From NCBI GenBank assembly GCA_024704765.1, contig JAKMXF010000088.1:682001-746000 (forward strand): 64,000 nt of DNA, given 5' to 3'. The notes beneath the pieces are model-generated. The model did no database searches and was not told the DNA's origin. It was given only the letters and a program-made list of their open reading frames with translations. This stretch comes from Oopsacas minuta (Eukaryota; Animalia; Porifera). A program made the translations under genes and the position numbers. How positions within the stretch are numbered: the first letter of the stretch is position 1; every line of letters begins with the position of its first letter. Below, piece after piece: positions 24,901-36,700 of the stretch.

Positions 24901-27853
24901 TCCATCATCTCGATCAACAGAAAAGGTAAATATTGTATGTCAACAACAACAAAGCATATAATATAATGTGTGTTAATAGGGGCATTTATCAAGACCATGT
25001 AGTGCTGAAAGCCCTTCAAAAAGTCAAGCTGGAACTATAGCTAAATTAGGTTCCGGTATAACACCAAGGAATAGATCAGCTTCTTGTAATGATGTCCCAA
25101 CTGCTCATCCTCCTCCTATACATATGGAGACACACCCTACACTCAGGAGAAAACAGGATAATGTAAACAAATATATAAACAAACAATAGAGCAACAAAAT
25201 ATATTTCCAAAAATTGCAATCTGTAATTTCTTTCAATACACAAATAAATGTGTCAAAATATGTATAATCACTTTAGTTTGTATCAAAGTCTCCAAACGAC
25301 ACCAACAAGCGTTCGAAATTCTTCTCACTTCCTGGGTTCAGACAGTTATCAAATCGTTTCTCAAAATCTCAAGAAAATGTTGGAGATAAAATATTAAGAA
25401 ATGAAAAGGGTAATAGAATCAAGAGAGGAGGTTCTCTTACCCTCGATATGGAGACGCAATCTGTGACAGAGAGCCTTTCTAGTACACACAGGTGATACAT
25501 TCGTCAATACTTGCTTATATTGAAGTGTCAAATTGTACAAATATGGTCCCAAACCTTCATAGTAACAAATATTCCATCGGCTATATCAAAGTGATTATCA
25601 CGGTCTCTTAAGCTTTGATATAACTACAGTCTGAACAAATGGAATTCAACATTTTCCATAAAATCATTACTTGGAATAATAGGGTCCACCGGTTAATCGA
25701 GCTAACACCTTAGTTCTGGTCAAGATACTCTGTTCCTGAAATGACCATATTAATCAGAGCTACCTTATTAACACTTCATTTTTGATATAGGACAAGAGAT
25801 TTCAATTTTGAATCATTATCACATTCACAAGGTAAGTTGTAAATACAATAAAACTTCCGCTAGTTAACACCTCTCGTATGTGTTAACATTTTGGGTGGTC
25901 TCCAGGGTGTTCACTTACTGAAGGTTTATTGTATTAATATTTTAAGGGAATTTATTATTTATTTTAACAGACAAAAATTGTTTTAAGTTCAGAATTTCTA
26001 TTTATACTTTTCAGGTTTTCCACCACGCAGTGCTTCTGTCTGCTCTGACCAATCAACTGCTAGCAAAACGAGCGCGCATTCAACATTATCTTTGGATAGG
26101 AAATCAAAAAAGCGAAGAGATCATGTTAAGAATTTTTTCACACCTGAGAAAGAGACAAATATAATTCCATCTAAAAATTCTGTGAAAACAAATCCTGTAG
26201 GAATAAACAAGTTAAGCGGGATAAGGTGTCAATTAAATGGTCCAATTCAAGTGTCACAAAATAAAGAACCAATCAAACAACAGCCTTCTCCTTCTTCTAA
26301 GTCTATAAATACACATTCCACGCATACTAGTGTCGTTGCTAGGAAACCGCCTACCCCTACTAGACATATTATAGACACGGTTCAATATGAAAACGAACAG
26401 ACAAGAGTTAGCCAATCAGATTCAAGCTTTAAGGCGCCAATTCCAACTAAGCGAGAGAGAAATGGCGCGTTAAATTCTGATGGATTAGCCAATGAGATTG
26501 AAGATAGAAAATATAATAAAAAGAGAGATGATAGATCAGCTGTTTCATCGGAACACACTGATAATCAAGTGAGTATAACAGGAGGATACACACCTATCCC
26601 GTGTTCCCATGGGGACCATTGACTTAATTAGTACTTGGTTCCAATTCCATCTCAGAAGTAATAATTAATGTTTTGTATTCTAGAAAGGAACAGATCTGAC
26701 ACAACAAATGAATGGAAATATACAAGTGAGAGGAGAGGAGAATATATTTGTTGATATTTACTTGTTTGTTTGTTTATTGATACTATATTTAGAATAAAAG
26801 CAGACATAAAAAGAATCCATTTTATGAGAATGAAGCTTTGTTATACAACAGATTCAGGTTTATTTATTTAATTATTAACACACTTGTGTATGATTATTCG
26901 AGTAATATTGGGAGGACTCTGAAGCTTGAGGTCCTGACAAAAATGGACCTCTTGTCCCCTCTCTCACAGGACATGAGTACCTTAAGATAATCCCTTCGGT
27001 GTCTGTTATTTACTGTATTGTATTTAGTTGGTTTCACGGAGATCTGACCCGAGAAGATGCAGAAAACCTTCTAAAGTTTTGTGGAAATGTTGGAAGTTTT
27101 CTGATACGAAATAGTAAGAAACATTCCAAACACCTCTGTCTATCTCTAAGGTATTCTATTACAGCTGTACGATTCAGATGTGACACAATTTTGTCACCTT
27201 TCGGAGGACACAAAAGTGGCACAGCCACTAACCGACACATTATTTGTATCTAATTAGGTATTCTGATCGGATTAGACACTTTAAAATTGATAGAAGTAAT
27301 TATGGATATTCAATTGACGGATTAGAGGTTAGGATTGTTTGTTTGTTTATTTGTTTGTTTGTTTGTTTGTTTGTTTGATTGTTTGTTTGTTTGTTTGTTT
27401 GTTTGTTTGTTTATTTGTTTGTTTGATTGTTTATTTGTTTGTTTGATTGTTTATTTGTTTGTTTGATAGTTTATTTGTTTATTTGTTTGTTTGATTGTTT
27501 ATTTGTTTGTTTGTTTATTTGTTTGTTTGATTGTTTATTTGTTTGTTTGATAGTTTATTTGTTTATTTGTTTGTTTGTTTGTTTGTTTGTTTGTTTGTTT
27601 GTTTGTTTGATTGTTTGTTTGTTTGTTTATTTGCTGTTTATATTGTTTAGGGATGTTATACGAATTTGAATAAACTTGTTGAAGTATTTATAACTTGGAA
27701 TGATAACATGGTAAAACCACTTGACAAAGGTAAACAAACAAACAAACAAACAAAACAAATAAATAATGTTTATTACTATTTGTTTATTAGTTATACAGAA
27801 ACAAACAAGAGATATAACACCTCGTACACCACCTCTAGAAACTGGTAAGTAAT
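22000..27853 (+). CDS. PH + SH2 signalling adaptor (STAP/SH3BP2-like architecture), about 15 exons
   Basis: Exon 22000-22056 (ILYEGYLEKKEKK) joins 24048 (WEAFWVRL..RLYFY), 24250 and 24417 (ERTSWM) to form a PH domain; SH2 WFHGDLTREDAENLL..GSFLIRNS..LCLSLR at 27028 onward. Ends ETGK* at 27853, or splices from the GTAAGT donor at 27845 to a 20-nt exon at 29457-29476. Confidence 0.8.
22265..23540 (-). CDS. SYCP3: Synaptonemal complex protein 3 (Cor1/Xlr), 3 exons, nested antisense in intron 1 of the PH-SH2 gene
   Basis: ELGGDFSDIF..KTMSAKKKKYEIYSK and C-terminal EIKNLQKKII..QEGIANFKRSLESML match remembered SYCP3 blocks; exons 23540-23145, about 22889-22797, 22516-22265. Confidence 0.85.
22676..22770 (+). 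repeat. Dispersed GC-rich repeat (family D); related copies about 31225-31305 and 36124-36185
   Basis: Shared motif string GAGG.TAGG..TTCAT...TGACC..G.ACA.GCCCC.G.G.GTGA.GT in introns of SYCP3 and IQANK1-like and in the HEN1 spacer. Confidence 0.55.
23770..24013 (+). mobile_element. MITE family C copy (about 245 bp)
   Basis: Near-identical to 30677-30947, 47439-47712 (minus) and 54426-54646; right TIR truncated. Confidence 0.85.
24480..24786 (+). repeat. Degenerate (GTTT)n microsatellite field in an intron
   Basis: Directly visible GTTT/ATTT/GTTA array. Confidence 0.95.
27335..27635 (+). repeat. Degenerate (GTTT)n microsatellite field in an intron
   Basis: Directly visible; explains spurious ORF 27427-27669. 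Confidence 0.95.
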
Positions 27854-27959
27854 AATTGTTTGTTATTTGAATATTTCTTAGAAAAATATTTAATATTTGG
27901 AATGTTTAATTGTGGATAGTAAACAATAACAAATAACGTACAAACACACAAACACATAA

Positions 27960-29195
27960 TTAGAAGAATTGTAGCCTGTGAGAATCCTTCCTGTCCACTA
28001 CAACAATTCGACCCTCCTCGTTAATGTCAATGCCATAAGGAGAGCAGAATTCTCCAGGTCCTTCCCCTTCATGTCCAATAATAGTTACAATATGTCCCTC
28101 TATAGAGATTACTTTAATGTTATTAGCTCCGTAGTTACTAACTATAATGTTCTGGTGTCTGTCTAGACAGATATACCTAGGATCAGTGAGTAATTCCTGT
28201 GACGCAATCACTTGAAAGAAGTTCCCATCTCTTGAAAATAATTGTATCAGGTAGTCACACTTCCCAAACAGGACTACGAATAGAGATGGAGTTGTTCTTA
28301 GGCCAAAGAGCCTTGTGTCTTGTGTTATGTGAGGAGAGTTAAGTGCTGTTTCCTTGATTTTACTCAAATCCTCCAAACTGTAATGAGATATGTGATTAAC
28401 TTTACATATTCCTTCATACAGTGTATCTACGTCAGTTGTAATACAGGATATGGAATCACTTGGTTCTATTTGACACATTATTTCCCCTGACACCTTATCC
28501 AGCTTGAGGATATTATCTGGGAGGAAACATATAACAAACAGCTGATGAGGTGTTACAGCTATATCAGTAGGATGAGACATTCCTTGTGCCTTAATGGTCC
28601 TCTTATAAGAGCCATCTTTACAGAACACCTGAATTCTATGAACCGACCAATCAGACACATAAATATCTCCGTTATCTCTATCTATTGAGAGATCACTAGG
28701 ATTGAATATCTCATCACTTCCAATTCCTCCATTGACACCAGACCACACTGGTTTGTGTCTGTTCACGTAGGACACTCCCTCAACCACGCGACACAATCCT
28801 CCCATGCCACCTTCCAACCACTCTTCATGCCATTCGAGCCACACAGATGGTACCCGGTCACCAATCGCCTCCAGTACTTGTATTTCATTGTCTAGTCCTC
28901 TTAACATATTTTCTAAAAGAACATTCAACTCATTATGTACCAAATTTTGTGTAACCTCAGCTTGTGTGATTAGCAGCTGATCCAATTTGTTATGTCTGTC
29001 CACCACTTTAGCCTCTGCCATACGGACCACTTCATCTAGTTGTACCTCCATTTCTAGATGTTTCTCCTGTAGCACACGGAAATAGAACTCAAATCTGGCT
29101 CGGAGTTCCTCTTTCGCCATCAACACCTCTCTCCTAAGCCTTTCCAACTCTCTAGCTGTCTCTTCATGCATACCAGCGCCAAATTCAGTTGCCAT
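27960..29195 (-). CDS. Coiled-coil + NHL protein, subfamily A copy 2, intronless
   Basis: 411 aa from the ATG at 29195 (MATEFG); gap-free alignment to 2713-3948. Confidence 0.88.
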   Translation of the reverse strand: MATEFGAGMHEETARELERLRREVLMAKEELRARFEFYFRVLQEKHLEMEVQLDEVVRMAEAKVVDRHNKLDQLLITQAEVTQNLVHNELNVLLENMLRGLDNEIQVLEAIGDRVPSVWLEWHEEWLEGGMGGLCRVVEGVSYVNRHKPVWSGVNGGIGSDEIFNPSDLSIDRDNGDIYVSDWSVHRIQVFCKDGSYKRTIKAQGMSHPTDIAVTPHQLFVICFLPDNILKLDKVSGEIMCQIEPSDSISCITTDVDTLYEGICKVNHISHYSLEDLSKIKETALNSPHITQDTRLFGLRTTPSLFVVLFGKCDYLIQLFSRDGNFFQVIASQELLTDPRYICLDRHQNIIVSNYGANNIKVISIEGHIVTIIGHEGEGPGEFCSPYGIDINEEGRIVVVDRKDSHRLQFF

Positions 29196-29545
29196 GTTAC
29201 TCAAAATATTTATTGTAAGATAACACTAGTCACTATTCTTATACTATCTGGATACACCACAGAACAGACTGTAACGCTTACAAGTAGTCACTGATCTCTC
29301 TAACATACACTACACACTCTAACAACCAAATCATTCATAGATATGTTAACCACATTCCATCAGGTGCTGCATAGCAACAATACAATATGTTGTGAGGTTA
29401 ATTCAAAGGAAAATTACTTTATTCGAACATTTTTATCAAACCATTTATTTTTATAGAATTGATTGTAATCGATTAAATATAGCACTAAACAATGTTATGG
29501 GTAGTAAAATATATAAGTGATAGTTCCATATTATAGTTCCATATT

Positions 29546-31827
29546 TCAATTCACTGTTATAATAAACCAATCGCATTTGAAAGGCTCGATAACTTCATCT
29601 TCAGTTAGTATTACTATTTTGAATTTTTTGTTCAGTTCGTACATCTGAGACTTATTGAACTCCATCGATGTATATTCATCTGAGTCCTCTTCACGTGCTA
29701 AGTTCTTGTAACTAAAAATAGAATACAAATGGAACTTTTGAATAATCATTGTAGGGAACTGATTTGTGTAAATTATCATTCGTCTTGTTCGGGAATTCAT
29801 TCTTGTGTCCATTAATACATCTGTTCCCAACCTGGAGTTCATGACCCATTCGTGGTCTACGAAGGACAGCAGGGAGTATACAGAATCTCAAAATTTTATT
29901 ACACCATGTGAGAATGAGTTAAAATTGGCATAGGGTGTCAATAGGTGAAATTAGTTGGAAACCCTACACTCAACTCCTGTAATATCTAAGCTCAAGGGAT
30001 CGTAAGAATTACTTTGATATAACCGAATACATACAGTAGCCGCCGGATATAAGGACCATCTTCAGAAAATGGTCCTCATATATTCCTGTATATTTATACC
30101 GGCATTGACTGTATTTATTAAATTGTAACTGATGAGTTACTTTGACGGTTTGGGACCATATTGGTACAATTTATGACTTCGAAATAAAGCGGGTATTTGG
30201 ATGTATTCGCGCCGCAGTGTTCCCTCTAACTTGGGATAGCACATCTGACTTGTCCTGCCAAAAATGTAATGAATCAGAGAAATTATCTGAAGATCGAACA
30301 TTTTAAAGTGAAAATTCCAGGGTAGAGTCCAAAAATGAGAAAATTCGGGGGAACACAGTATCCGTGTTAGATAAAACTTACTAGTCATCTTCTACTATTT
30401 TCCGAGACATTATATCTACCAACAAGGTAGGATGAATGGCATTCAATTTCTCGGAAAATATTCCCCACATTGCTGTCAGCTGATTGTGAGTGTTCACGAC
30501 AACTTCTTTACCAAATCGTAGCGCGCCTAAAAATGCTAATCGTAGCCTTTTTTCTTCGAGATCCCCGGGGTTGAAAGTGTCAAGAAAGTTTACATCTCTA
30601 TATCTCATAAATGTCTCTACGTTTCCATTTTTATCAAGAACTAGCGGCCATCTATAATACAGAATTTATTATCACACTGTTGGTAGGAAACTTGTTTCAG
30701 CTCCACCGCTTGCACCAAGTTTCCCTGTCAGATGAATAACTACACAATATATTTACTAACTAACGGGTGAATAGTAGTAACAGACCTCCTTTAACACGAT
30801 TAATTCACACATTTAGAAGTAGAGTCATTGGAATATTTCCATGAATTGGACACTATAATTACGTCATAAATAATGAGATAGGAATTGGCCGCTCGCCTGC
30901 ATGCTTAGATGGCATAATGTGTAGCTGAAACAAGTTATCATTAACAGGGCCGATGCTATTCTAAATATTTTTATTTACTTGTTTGTTTTTGCTATTTGCT
31001 GGGTTTTATCATCAAAAATAACATTCGCTATCTGAGCAAGTGGAATACTGATTTCATCAACTAAAACAAACAAATAATAAACAAACAAATAATAAACAAA
31101 CAACAAAAATATTTATAACAATTAATACCTTTCTGTTCTTCAATTTTAACCTAAAAAGTAAATGCAGTTATTTAGGTGTGAATTGTGTCGCTATCTCCCT
31201 GAAGGGGGGCTTTCCACACGGTATGAGGGTAGGAATTCATGCACCATTGACCAGCTGAACAGGCCCCGAGGGGTGAAGTTACTAAAATGTGTGGAACCCC
31301 TAACCTCTGTCCGGATATGGAAAATTCAAATTACCTTCTCGAGGAGTTTTGCTGCTCCCTCAATGTCTTCCACTCTCTGTTAAGAAATCAGTAAATCTAG
31401 GTGTTAGTTTCTAATTATATTATAGATTATAATTTGCCTGTTTCGCATCTTTACTGTCTTTCTTAGCATCAGCTGTAGCTACAAATATGTGTGGATTGTG
31501 AGTAATCAAATACATATGAGATAGTGTCACATTTTTATTACCTGTTGAAGTGGTTTTCTTCACTGGAGTTGGTTTCTTTTGGGCAACAGCTGATTTGAAA
31601 CCGGAACCAGCACTAGGTGTCGACTTGGTGGCAGGCTGTGTCGGTTTTGTGACAGGTTTAGCAGCAGATTGTGTCGGTTTTGCAGCAGGTTTAGTGGCAG
31701 ATTGTGTCGGTTTTGCGGCAGATTTAGTGGCAGATTGTGTCGATTTCGCGGCGGGTTTAGTGGCAGATTGTGTCGGTTTTGCGGCACCATCTTTAGCACT
31801 TACAACTTTTGTAGGTGGTTGCGACAT
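29546..31827 (-). CDS. IQANK1 C-terminal-domain protein with N-terminal 11-aa repeats and no ankyrin/IQ region, 7 exons
   Basis: WPLVLDKNG..TFMRYRDVNFLDTFNP..LRLAFLGALRFGK matches the IQANK1 C-terminal block WPLVIDP..TFLRY.DTNY.D..NP..LALLGALRYGK; exons joined in phase, one via a GC-AG intron (31437-31377). Confidence 0.72.
30034..30111. mobile_element. 78-bp Tc1/mariner-type mini-MITE
   Basis: TA-CAGT..GCCGG.TATAA...TTATACCGGC..ACTG-TA with an internal GGACCAT/ATGGTCC stem; TA on both sides. Confidence 0.65.
30677..30947 (+). mobile_element. MITE family C, full copy with about 25-bp imperfect TIRs
   Basis: Perfect inner 14-bp TIR AACTTGTTTCAGCT...AGCTGAAACAAGTT, outer CTGTT...AACAG; four copies in the window; no TSD recognised. 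Confidence 0.85.
31631..31784 (-). repeat. Coding 33-bp tandem repeat (AKPTQSATKPA units)
   Basis: About 4.7 units GCAGATTGTGTCGGTTTTGC.GCAGGTTTAGTG. Confidence 0.92.
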
Positions 31828-32379
31828 ATCTCAAAGTTTACTATGTTTTTTCTCTATAGAATCTCTAATATATGAAGATATGTCAGAGGATATAATATGA
31901 TTCTAAAAATAGCAACTCTGCCACTTCACACTTCAGAACACACAATAATTATTATATTTTTATCTCTATTTATATCTGATAATATGATTATATTAAATCG
32001 TGTAAGTTATTTGTTTACTTGTTTGTATTGTCAACAAACACATAAGCTTGTGTCTAACTGGAACAATAGTTAGTTCCATATTGTTAATATAAGTAAGTAA
32101 CCAAGTAAAATAATCGTGTTAGACATTTGAAAGTGTCAAAATCGAATTCTACGTCCCTGGTTACACCCAATTTGCAGGTGGAAACTAATCTCTAAGACAA
32201 TTTTGAAATATTCACAAAAAAGGTGTGACAATATGATTAATCATCTGATAAATAAGTATAACAACTGTACATAAGACAAGATTTTCCCTGACTTAGTTAC
32301 CCAGCGCTTATTCAGGAATTCACGATAATTAATTAGTTCCAATTTTACTAAATATAGCAAAATAACTATGAGAGATAAT

Positions 32380-33615
32380 TCAAGTCTGTTTCTTTGTGCC
32401 CTTTGCCTTTTTGGTGTACTTGTCCTCTGATATCTTGTTCATATAGTATAGAGCTGTCAGAGAGCACAGTACACTATACAATATGGTAATTAGAACTGGA
32501 ACTAATTACAGTAGACCCTTGTTAGCACTGTTCCAATTGCAAAATAGTTAGTTACGATTAGTGGAATGCTTTGATGCATACCAGAGCAAACTCTATAAGC
32601 GGGGAATTCTAGGAAAAAACATATTTCCGCAATGAAGAATTGAATATTTTGGTTTCTCAGAAGAAATTCTTGGAAATTTATATATTATAATAATCAAATA
32701 TCGTGAAGGAAGTGGCTATACATATTCTCTGCTTAAAGGACATTCACATTTGAAATTATATATGGGGAGTAAGCAGGAGATTCGCCGGCTCGACTTCCCC
32801 ACCTTATAGAAGTTCTGCTGTACTATAGGATATAGCTGGATATTCATAAGAGTTGTAAAAGCGGTGAAAAGACTGCCAACATATCGAATATAGTACAGTT
32901 AACCCCCGTTATATCTAACACGGATATATCCAAATACCCGCTTATACCGAAGTGTGAATTGTACAAATATGGCCTCTTCGAATTAACGAGGGTCTACTGA
33001 TGAAACTTACCAAACAGTCATTGACACCCTGTGTACCAAAACTGAAGCAAATGCTGCTAATCCAATTGAGAATACAACTAAATACAAGATTAAATATAAT
33101 TGGAACTATGATGTGTTAGTTCCATATTCACCTTCATATACGTGAGACTGGAATTCATCTCCTAACATCATTCGCTCAATCGAATTTATACCCTTGAAAT
33201 AATAAAATAATTATTTGTATGGGAAATCATATTTTGGACCATGGACTACAAAGTTATTTCTTAAATCATATCGGAGGGTGCAGATAATGACTCCCATGGG
33301 TGCTTGGACCTAGACCAAGAAGTCCATTTCTGGAACTATAATTTACACGAAGTTACAGGTCTCTATGAATATATAATTTCTCATTGTCGTTATCTCGTTG
33401 AACAACTCTTCAAAAATATTTGTTTACAATATATATGATAAACAAACAAGTAAACAACTTACTGTTAGAACAAACACGAAAATATGAGATCCGATAAACC
33501 CAGCTATTAAGGTCATGGGTTGACTAGAAGCAAGTTGTTTGGAGAACATTTGCATTCCTGCGTATATCAGTATGGTTGTCAAGGTACACAACACTAATGT
33601 ACGTATGTTGTTCAT
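32380..33615 (-). CDS. KRTCAP2: Keratinocyte-associated protein 2 (OST-A complex subunit KCP2), 4 exons
   Basis: LIYAGMQMFSKQLASS..GFIGS.IFVFVLT, then GINSIERMMLG.EFQ, LAAFASVLVHRVS.T and LYYMNKIS match KRTCAP2. Confidence 0.9.
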
Positions 33616-33760
33616 TCCTAAAAGACTGGTTGGTAACTAGGCTAGAGGTGTAATAATATCTAAAAATATTGATGGATAATTTGACAAATAATCATTCATA
33701 ACTTACCGATTTTTGGATTCTTATTTCTAAAAGTAGCTACAATTAAATATATTTTGAACC

Positions 33761-36700
33761 ATGGATTACCATTTAAATTATCAACCAATTAGAATGCAGA
33801 GTTCGCATAGCAACGAAGATTTCCCTGAACTATGTATAGTTGGTTCCAGTTCAATATTGTACCAAGATGAAATGAAATACCTGGAATTTGAGCAAGGTCT
33901 CCATTTGATACCATGGATGGGTAACACCTCACTTTTAGTGGACAGATACGACGCGCGCGGTTTTCTCGACAATCAATCAAAATTCGGTTTGAAATCTAAT
34001 TTGAAATTCCGACCAAGTCAAGAGGAAATTGAACTTGAACAAAGGTGTGATGAAGAGCGGTATTTGGAACTAAATATGGAACTAAGTGAGATGGAAATTG
34101 GAACTGAAGAAGAGGAAAAAAGGAATTCAAGAATTTTTGCCCAAATTCCCTTCAACTATGAAACTGAAAAACGTACTGGAATCAATTATGAGAACCCTAG
34201 CAACGAAAAGGTGAGTTGGAATTTAGGCTTTGGTGCATATTTTTGAGGCAAGATTGAAGACAATACCTTGGATACAGAATTCAGCTGAGGAATGTGAGAT
34301 ATATAAGGTATTTGTTCAGGTTTTGTTATCAAAAAGTGAGTAACTTTCTTTCAAAAATTTTGATATTTTGATGTATATATTTTGTTTACTTGTTTACCTT
34401 GTTATTATAATTTCTAATTATTTAGTGTAACACCAAACAAGCAATGGAATATAAATAAATTCACACATTCTCTGTTCTTAAATATTCTTATTTATCTTCT
34501 AGAGACAAACAACTGTTGACAAACCTCTCAATGAAATTACAGACTTCACCCCATACATTCCTAAGCCAGAATTGCAAATTCCTGTAACTATGACAACGCC
34601 AGGAACAGAGAGAATGCATAATATAATAGTCAAAACGGCGCGTCATGTGGCAGAGAAAGGGAACCAACTGGAAATTGTTATTAAAATAAAACAACAATAC
34701 AATTCATCATTCGATTTTCTCAGTTTCGATCATTTTCTACATCCTTATTACAAACACATTAAAAACCTTGTGTTAAGTGGTTTTAAGTCACTTTTTGAGA
34801 CACAATTTGATGACAAGAATTCTACAGAAGGTTTGTATAATTGTACCACCTTTAACACCTATTGCTATGGGGCATTTCTGCACCCTCCCCTTGATAACAC
34901 GAATCAATTAAATCAAAAATATTCTAATAAAGTTATTACATAATAAGTTATACTTGTAGTTCCAGTTATACTTATAGTTCCAGTTATACTTATAGTTCTG
35001 GTTTGACAGGTGGCCTAGGCTCATCCGTTTTAAGCGGGAATTCCTTGCAAATAACTTCTCTATAAATTAGTTCCATATTGGAAGGAGATGGTTCCTGTTT
35101 GACAACATTTGTTGATTCGAGTTTCATAAACTGAATTTCTTTTGTCAGAATTGGAACCTCGCTTTTTTTTGGTTCTGGTTTGGATTTTGGATGTGTTGTT
35201 GAAGATTCAAGTGGAGAATCTGATTGGTCATCTTGTGTAGTAGGATTGTCCCAATCAATAGTATTATTGTTATTTACTTGAAGGTGTTTGTTAGGAATTT
35301 CTAATTTTAGAGAAAAGAAAGCTGCTTGAGAACAGTAGCCAACTTCCTCAAATCCTATTGGTGGTTCCCCAGCGCCATTATACTCCACTTGGTATGGAAA
35401 ATTGTGGCAGATGGCCTCGCACCAATTCATGAACTCTTCTCTGTTCCATTCGAACTTGTGGTCAGGGTGACGAAACCCAGAAAAGTCCTTGAAAAGAATA
35501 TTGAATTCTGAGTTCGGAGTTGTTATGAACACATATTTAGGCCTCAAGGTGCCAAAAATGGCAGTTGGCAATTGTGTCAATGTGTCCTCTTCTAGATGTT
35601 CTATCACCTCTATAAGCGACACAAATTCAACACCTTCTAGCCTCGGATCCCATTGAGTAAGAGAGCCACAATATAACCCAATTTTAAGGGGGGTAGCACG
35701 ATCAATATTGTGGACAGCTTTATGTGGTTTAGCCACATTTTGACACCTTTTGAGGGTGGGTTTATCAATATCAACACCTAATATTTCATGTAAATACGAG
35801 AAATTCTTTTCCCTTAAATGCCAAATAAATTTCCCCTCGGCACAGCCAAAATCCACCAATTTAAAAGGTGTGAACTTTTCTATATATTTAATCGCTAGAA
35901 AATATCTTTGTCTGAATAAAACAGGTCTGAAAATAACTCCAAACGAACTGTCCTCTCTTGTGCTCGCCTCTTTGAGAGATAAATTTTCTGTTACATTCTC
36001 TTGCGTTGCCATGGTAACGATGGTATTAGCCAATTTAGAAGCTAATTTTAGAAGATATAGATTCGTTATAAGCAACTTTACCCAAAGTGTGAAGTATTTA
36101 ATATTAATTCGGACGCCTAGGTACGAGGATAGGGTTCATTTGACCTCAGGACACGCCCCTGGGGTGAGGTGGGCAAATACCTAACCCCAGGACAACAATA
36201 AAACCTCTCAAACATAAATGACAACAAACAATACGGATAGTATCCATATTCAAGTAAATACATAGTAATACACTGGATATTGAATTGCATGCATTTATAT
36301 GCGAGTATGTGTATTACACATTGAATGTCAGTATAAGCAATTACATTCACTAAAACGTATAATGTTACTATGGCAACTCAATCGGACGATAAGAATTCAA
36401 CTTGTCAGCAAGCAGAAGATCCGAATGAAGTTAGGTCAAAGTTCCCAGAGCTGAATTTCCCAAATCATCGACCAGTAACTGATGATATACATTTTAATCC
36501 ACCTCTATACAAGCAGAGATACTCGCTAGGAATCGATTATGTCAAAAAATTCTGTCCTTCAAAAGTGGTTGATTTCGGATGTTCGGAGTGTAAATTTATG
36601 TGGGCAATACGGAACCAGAACTATGAATTTATCCGTGAGATTATTGGTGTCGATATTGATAAAGTTGTCCTAGAGACACACGATTGTGTCGCGAAGCCTG

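Noticed and set aside
27427-27669. ORFs from GTTT arrays (also 15289-15540 and 58179-58457)
   Set aside because: Low-complexity microsatellite translations inside introns.
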